Origin: an uncultured Hormoscilla sp.
GTDB taxonomy: Bacteria > Cyanobacteriota > Cyanobacteriia > Cyanobacteriales > Desertifilaceae
Assembly (NCBI GenBank): GCA_963921275.4
Contig: OZ001293.3
Location: forward strand, 768,001-832,000
Reading direction: 5' to 3'
Length of the DNA: 64,000 nucleotides
How positions within the stretch are numbered: the first letter of the stretch is position 1; the number at the start of each line of letters is the position of its first letter. The position numbers and the translations under genes were made by a program. Positions 57,805-64,000 of this stretch are shown piece after piece. The notes under the pieces are model-generated. The model was not told where the DNA came from and ran no database searches. It saw only the letters and a list, made by a program, of their open reading frames with translations.

Positions 57805-58675
57805 GGATGGGGTCGAGCCGGGAATCGCTTCCCGACCCTCCCTTGAGGAACCGGACTTGCGATTTTCACCGCATCCGGCTACTGGGTACTAGGCCCTTTT
57901 CATAGGTAGACTTAATAGGAATTACTTCCGTTAGCCCTTGCCGCCTGTCTTTTCTTCCCTTTCCTGGTTTAGCGAGTGGTTGTTCTGATAACCGTTAGTA
58001 TCACCATTTTCAAGTCAGTTTTACCAGTTATCCATACCTTATCCTCCACTTGCGTTTCGGATTAGTTCCGTGGCTTTTTAGGATTACTCATTCCAGCAGC
58101 TTCCTAGTATCACCGACCCACGTCAGCGCTGGCTACCCAGCATCATCTACATTACTGTAGATGTTATCCCAGGAATTACCCCGGGCATTCGCTTCTTGGG
58201 CCATCCCTCCCCCCGTGGCTTGCGCTTAACATCTAACTTGTCCTGATGGACAGCACACGAGAGGTTACTTCGTTCCCTAACAACATTTCGCGATACCTTT
58301 AGGTCCACACTATACCCCGGGAGCTATTTGAGTACTATATTAGCCAGAGTCTAAAACTAATACTAGCTACCATTTCCTTTTTAGGCCAGCGCATATAGCC
58401 TTATTTCGCTGGTTCCTTATAACGAGGCTTGCACATGTTTGCCTGCTCTAACCTTGGATATCTTTCCTAGCGGCGTCACCGGCTTAGGCTGCCAGTTATC
58501 CTACATTTGAGTCCTCGCTTAGCACCACGATGATGTCGCTTCGTAGCACCGAGGACCGGTGTCACCCCCGTACCTGGGGGGAGGGGAATTTAACCCCCAT
58601 GCGGTCAGAGTTCCCGGCTAATGAAACCGGGCTAGCGTTCCGTGTTTGACCACGTTAGGCTAGAACGAATCGCAC
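57805..58675 (-). mobile_element. ORF-less group II intron (lineage B, copy 3), tandem with copy 2
   Basis: 871 bp, abuts copy 2 with no spacer. Confidence 0.92.
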
Positions 58676-59876
58676 GGACTCCTCAAGATTACGCTCGAAC
58701 CTGAATGGGAGGCGTATATGAAAGGGAACTCCTACGGGTTCAGACCGGGTAGGGGATGTCACGATGCAATCCAGGCAATATTTGATAGCATCAGATATAA
58801 ACCCAAGTGGGTAATGGATGCTGATATTGCAAAATGCTTCGATAAGATTGACCACAAAGCGCTAATGAAAAAATTAAATACAACGTCACCAATCCGTAAG
58901 CAAATACGGGCATGGTTAAAAGCCGGGGTGATGGACAAAGGAGAATGGCATGCAACCGAAGCGGGAACTCCCCAAGGGGGAGTCATATCACCACTACTAG
59001 CCAACATAGCCTTACATGGGTTAGAGGAGGCAGTAAAGGAACTCGCCAGGACACAAAGGGAAAAGCAAAAGCTGACGGTAATCAGGTATGTTGATGACTT
59101 TGTGATAATACATGAAGATAGGGAGATAATAGACAGAGCGCAGACAGTGGTGGCAAAGTGGCTAAAGGGAATGGGGCTAGAGTTGAAAGCCGAAAAGACA
59201 AAAATAACTCATACGCTAAAGGGAGAAAAACCGGGATTTGATTTCCTGGGGTTCAACATAAGGCAATATGAGACGGGTAAATACAGAGCCAACAAATCAC
59301 CCCAAGGAATACCCCTAGGGTTCAAAACCCTAATCAAACCCAGTAATAAGTCCGTAGGTAAGCATAAAGAACGGTTATCAGAAATGGTCGCCAGCCATAA
59401 AGCAACACCACAGACAGCCTTGATAAGTAGGCTAAACCCGATAATACGGGGATGGTCAAACTATTACAGAACTGTGGTGAGTAAGGAAACTTACAGCGAC
59501 ATGGATAACTACCTATGGAACATCCTATGGCAATGGGCCAAAAGGAGACATCCCAAAAAGTCAAGTCACTGGATAGCCCGTAAGTACTGGTCTAAAGACC
59601 AGGGTGGTAAATGGCGATTCCGATGCAAGACAGGAGAGGGAGAGATAACGCTGTGCAAACATACTGAGATAATCAGACAAGTAAAAGTAAAAGGCACAGC
59701 AAGCCCATACGATGGGAACCTTACATATTGGAGTACGAGATTAGGCAAAAGCCCCGAACTGAGCAAGAGAGTGGCAACAGTATTGAAGAGGCAAAAGGGA
59801 AAATGTCAATACTGCGGATTAACGTTTATGGACAGTGACAAATGAGAAGTTGACCAGATCAAGCTTCTTTCATTAG

Positions 59877-60088
59877 CTTACCATTACTCGCATAATTCTT
59901 TACAATCTTAAAACCCTTATGGTACAAAGATTCTGAGACTTAGCATCCTCAACGGGGTTGACAAAAATCCCGACCTCTTTCTTGATAAATTATTTAATTT
60001 ATTGAGAATGACTTAGGAAGTAATCAGGGTTTCACCCCCCATAGTGGCCACAGAGAGAAATGTTAAGAAATATGTGAGTAAAGCATAG
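59877..60088. mobile_element. 212-bp MITE in the intron HNH region
   Basis: 9-bp TSD TTTCATTAG; imperfect TIR CTTACCATTACTCGCATA / CTATGCTTTACTCACATA. Confidence 0.85.
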
Positions 60089-60288
60089 TTTCATTAGGGG
60101 GTAAGGACCGGTATGACAACCTACAGTTGCTGCACAAGCATTGCCACGATATAAAGACTGCCAGCGATGGCAGCAAAAACAGCCGTACCCATGACAAAGG
60201 TGGCGTTACTGAGGAGCCGGATGACGCGAAAGTGTCAAGTCCGGTTCTGAAGACGAGTCGAGGTGGTGACACCCTGGCTTAGTTTAAT

Positions 60289-60837
60289 TCCGCTATTCAG
60301 AAAAATCAGACCTACTCCTTTGACTTACTACCCAAAACCCCGCCAGAAATCAAAGCGACAATCCCTCCCATACAGCCCTTGTCGCAAGAGAACCGGTCCA
60401 AGACGCCAGCACTGCCCAAGCTGAAAACTCATAGCTTTAGCTCTCATCAAAACGCAGCCAACCCATATCTGGCAATCAATCTGTTGCAAGAAATTCAGGG
60501 GGTAGTCACCGGCTGGCAGCGGGATTTGCAGCAAGTACATGCAGAAATTCAAGACCTGTACCGAGAAGGACCGATAGTGGATGGCTGGTTAGAGTCCAAT
60601 CCGACAGGAGGAGGTAAGCTTGATGTGGCAGCGGGCTATCGCCTGTGCAGACTAGAGTCCAACGGCAAGTTGTGGTTCTGTCCCTGTCCTCCAGACCAGG
60701 TGGCCACTGTCTCGGTGGCGATCGCCCGCTATCATCAGCTGCGACAACTGCTCAGTCGCAAGCAAGATCTGGAATCTCGTCTGACCCAATTATCTGAAGC
60801 CTTGGTAATTTTGCACGGGCAACTGCGTGAAGCATAG
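60289..60837 (+). CDS. Conserved hypothetical protein, 3' exon (5' exon probably 55866-55941)
   Basis: Frame open from the intron end; EGPIVDGWLES and GYRLC motifs. Confidence 0.7.
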   Translation, partial: SAIQKNQTYSFDLLPKTPPEIKATIPPIQPLSQENRSKTPALPKLKTHSFSSHQNAANPYLAINLLQEIQGVVTGWQRDLQQVHAEIQDLYREGPIVDGWLESNPTGGGKLDVAAGYRLCRLESNGKLWFCPCPPDQVATVSVAIARYHQLRQLLSRKQDLESRLTQLSEALVILHGQLREA

Positions 60838-60845
60838 GGAAGATA

Positions 60846-61550
60846 TGACTGAGCCGAAAATTTCAGCAATTATCTGTACTCACAATCGGGATAATTATCT
60901 GGGAGCAGCCATAGATAGCTTGCTGACCCAGGACTTTCCCGATTTTGAAGTCCTGGTAGTAGATAATGGTTCGAGCGATCGCACTCGTGAAGTAGTAGAA
61001 GCGAGACTATCCGATCCGCGCCTCCAGTATGTCTTTGAGCCAGTCCTGGGTCTATCCGTAGCGCGGAACAGGGGCGCAGGCCAGACAACGGGTGAGATTA
61101 TTACCTATCTGGACGACGATGCCGTTGCCAGTCCCAGCTGGCTGAGCATTCTTTACCAAGCCTATCAGCAAAACGAGAAGCTAGCGATCGCGGGTGGCAA
61201 AGTTACGCTAATATGGCCAGAGGGCATTACCCCTCCCCCCTGGCTGACTCCAGGACTAGCGGGGAATCTAGGAGCCTACGACCTCGGGGACCGCCTGGTT
61301 TACATCGAGAGTCCAGGTCTGACTCCCAGAGGTTTAAACTACTCTATCCGCCGGTCATAATGTGGCCCCAGAGCGCATCAAACGCAGCTGGTTCCTGAAT
61401 CGAGGCTGGTGGCAAGGCATCAGCGAGTGCTATCGAGAACAGCTAGTTAGTAGAGCCGGTCGGGCGCAGCTGGGGCGAGGTGGGGAACGTCTGGTGCGAG
61501 GACTGTACAAAGCCCTGAAATATTTTCCCGACCCGGCCCAGCGGTTTGAT
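60846..61550 (+). pseudogene. Glycosyltransferase family 2 with internal deletion, truncated by IS
   Basis: IICTHNR, VVDNGSSD and YLDDD motifs; break at about 61357. Confidence 0.85.
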
Positions 61551-62119
61551 ATACTTCACTTGGTCAGGATTTGAGCTTTATCGATAATTTGAAATTTCAG
61601 ATTTAGCAGAGATTTAAGCTCTTCTTTATGGACGGTATGAGCGCTGTCTATTATAGTAGTGATTGCTGATTTGAATGCATCAAAATTCTCATAATATTGA
61701 GAATTTAAACATCTTTTTTTGACCCATTTCCACAATCTTTCTATTAAATTTAAGTTAGGAGAATATGAGGGCAAATATAATAAATCTATATTGAGTTTTT
61801 TAGCTCTTTCCCAAACTAAATTGCATTTTTGATATCGGGCATTGTCCATAACTAATGAAATTGGTATTGACGGCAATTTTCTGCGAATTTTTGATAATAA
61901 TTCACAAACCGTTTCCGCCTTAATATAGGTATCATTAGTTACAGTTATTACTTCGGAAGTAATAGCATTTAAAGCTCCTAAAACATTGAACCGTTTTCGA
62001 CCAAATGGTGTTTTGATAAAAATTATTTTAAAACACCACAAAAATCCCAGAAAAGCTCCCATTACAAAATGCGCTCGCTCGTCAAGAAAGTACAGGCGCA
62101 CGCCCGGGACGTAAGGCAA
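61551..62119 (-). mobile_element. IS630-family transposase fragment
   Basis: MDNARYQ and LPSYSPNLNLIERLW motifs; AT-rich. Confidence 0.88.
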
Positions 62120-62214
62120 TATTTCGCTAAGAAATCATCGGCGATCGTGTTGTGGTCTGACCATAAGCGCTGGTAATCTATTTATCAGTCCTGCCCACTA
62201 AAGCCCGATTGCCT

Positions 62215-63581
62215 GGGTACATCTCAGTTAGGCGATGAGTAATTATACTTAGTGCTTGTCTCCCTCAAAACGGTACATAATTTAGGCACTGTTGACCACC
62301 CTTGACCCATGAACTCCCAAAAGCAGGCTGAACTCCAGCAACATCTTGACGCGATTGCCGCGATTCTCTACCAGGAAGCCGACCCCACTGAACTCACCAC
62401 CCTTGAAGGCATTGAGAAAAACGTTCGTGCGCTTGCCCAAGAACACGTCTGGCCTCAACTAGGAATTTTTTTATCAACACGGCGACTTCCCGCCGCACCG
62501 GAAAACAGCGTACCCTGACCAGTATCCTGGGCAAACTAACCCTCACCACTGCTCAAGCCCAACAACTGCAAGTTAAACCGGGAACTCGTTGGAGTCCGTA
62601 TGTGGAAAAATGTTGTTGGGTCGTCAGTGCCAATGCCTCTTACCAGAGAGCCGATTTTTCGGGCCGTCCGCGGACCGTACAAGATCTCGCGATGCTGACT
62701 GGGGTGAGCATCTCCACAGTACGCTCCAACGCTTTGTTCAACGAGAGGACTGGTCTGAGGTAGAGATAGCTGAACCGATTCAGGAGCTCAGCTTGGATGG
62801 CGGCATGATTCGCCTTCGTACCGATTTTTCGGGCCGTCCGCGGACCGTGGAGGGTCAACCTGGTGAGTGGCGAGAATACAAAGCCTTAAATGTCCATGAG
62901 CAAGGCAGTGTGGCTTTCTTCAAGGATAATCAAGGGCTGCTTGAGTGGGTGAATGCCCAGCCCCTCGGGGCGCAGTTCACCGGTCTCGGAGATGGTCATG
63001 ATGGGGTGTGGAACATTTTCAGTGGTATCGGGACACCAGAACAACGTATCGAAGTGCTCGATTGGTATCACCTAATGGAAAATGCCAATAAGGTGCAAGG
63101 GACACCGGCTCAATCCGATTTTTCGGGTCGTCCGCGGACCGTGCAGATCCGATTTTTCGGGCCGTCCGCGGACCGTGCACTCCTGTGGCGAGGGGAGACC
63201 CAGAGGGCGATTAGTTATCTGCGCCAACAGCAATGTCGGGGAGCCACAGGGTTGATCAACTACTTGAAGCACCATCAGACGCGCATCATTGACTACCAGG
63301 CTAGCCCTCCTGGCGTCGGGCCGCTGCGCGAACGGGCAGGCAGCTCGGCACTCGATTGGCTCTGGTCGGGTTGAGTCCCTGGTGAAACAAATTGGGTTAA
63401 GGGTGAAATTACCGGGGGCACAATGGCGAGCCGAGAATGTGCCGATTTTTCGGGCCGTCCGCGGACCGTAGGTGTTGAAGCATCGCTGTGCCTACCTGAA
63501 TGGCGCATTAGTTGCCTAATCAGACTCAGTAAATCCACTTTTGCTGAGTAAATATACTCATCGCCTAACTGAGATGCACCC
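62215..63581 (+). mobile_element. ISKra4-like element with degraded transposase
   Basis: TIR GGGT(A/G)CATCTCAGTTAGGCGATGAG; 8-bp TSD GATTGCCT; LGDGHDGVW, LDWYHL and IGSG.VES motifs. Confidence 0.88.
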
Positions 63582-64000
63582 GATTGCCTAATATACGATC
63601 CAGACAATCTCGACTCGATCAATTGGCGTGGCGACGGGCCAATGCCATTAATCTACTACAACCCTGAGGAAATGGTGTCGCCGATCAAAGACGTACATCA
63701 CGAGTTAGGAAAGAGGCATTTCTTAAACACTGGCGAGCCGAGAACGGGCAAGTCTCACAAATCATCATCAGCGCATCCTGATGACTTTGATTTAGAGAGG
63801 GAGAACGTGCTTCTTGAGCGCAAGAATGGGGAGGTCGAGCAGTGCGGGCACGAGCCAAAGATATGGTATTTGACAAACTCACCTAAGAACCCTACCAATG
63901 CACCATTAGAAGAGAATTTTGAAGCTTTACCATCTTGGGCCGAACGCCTATATGCTGGTGACAAGACAACGCCAAGCGGTCGGAGCTATCATCACTCCCA

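Larger units (their letters stand above)
56566..60282 (+). pseudogene. ltrA: Intron RT/maturase/HNH, disrupted
   Basis: Frameshift near 56656, twin intron insertion, YVDD motif, TGA at 59843, MITE in HNH region. Confidence 0.88.
55942..60288 (+). mobile_element. Full-length RT-encoding group II intron hosting nested elements
   Basis: GTGCGATTCGTT start; DV GAGCCGGATGACGCGAAAGTGTCAAGTCCGGTTC; end GCTTAGTTTAAT; loop TCCTTT can pair with upstream AAAGGG. Confidence 0.92.

Noticed and set aside
62655..63469. CRISPR-like array of 24-bp repeats
   Set aside because: Spacing is irregular (34-294 bp) and the intervening DNA is continuous transposase coding sequence.
1..64000. tRNA or rRNA genes
   Set aside because: None recognised by eye; a covariance-model scan would be needed to exclude them.

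Overview
Genomic DNA of a filamentous cyanobacterium (frequent HIP1 octamer GCGATCGC in host genes, plus XisH/XisI and Uma2 genes). Bases 1-13.1 kb hold an intact surface-protein export locus: GT4 glycosyltransferase, RTX Ca-binding protein, PPIase, HlyB/HlyD type I secretion and rfbC/rfbD. Bases 13.1-36.8 kb form a heavily eroded accessory island. It carries a reconstructable EAD-trypsin / EAD-iSTAND / MoxR / vWA / effector conflict operon, a parB remnant, ino1, IS982 and IS5-type elements, several MITEs and many group II introns. Bases 36.8-55.9 kb are mostly housekeeping genes (rnz, spoIID-like, aspC, acyP, creatininase, cobU) mixed with pseudogenes. Bases 55.9-64 kb hold an RT-encoding group II intron that contains two tandem antisense ORF-less introns and a MITE, followed by IS630 and ISKra4-type elements. 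The most unusual signals are: (i) 15-bp and 24-bp micro-insertions that always sit at YCGA|R, keep the reading frame, and restore canonical protein motifs when removed; (ii) a family of ORF-less group II introns whose putative EBS1 loops co-vary with their target sites and whose 3' ends are often CC; (iii) nested small palindromic elements inside genes. All calls come from manual reading; no searches were run.
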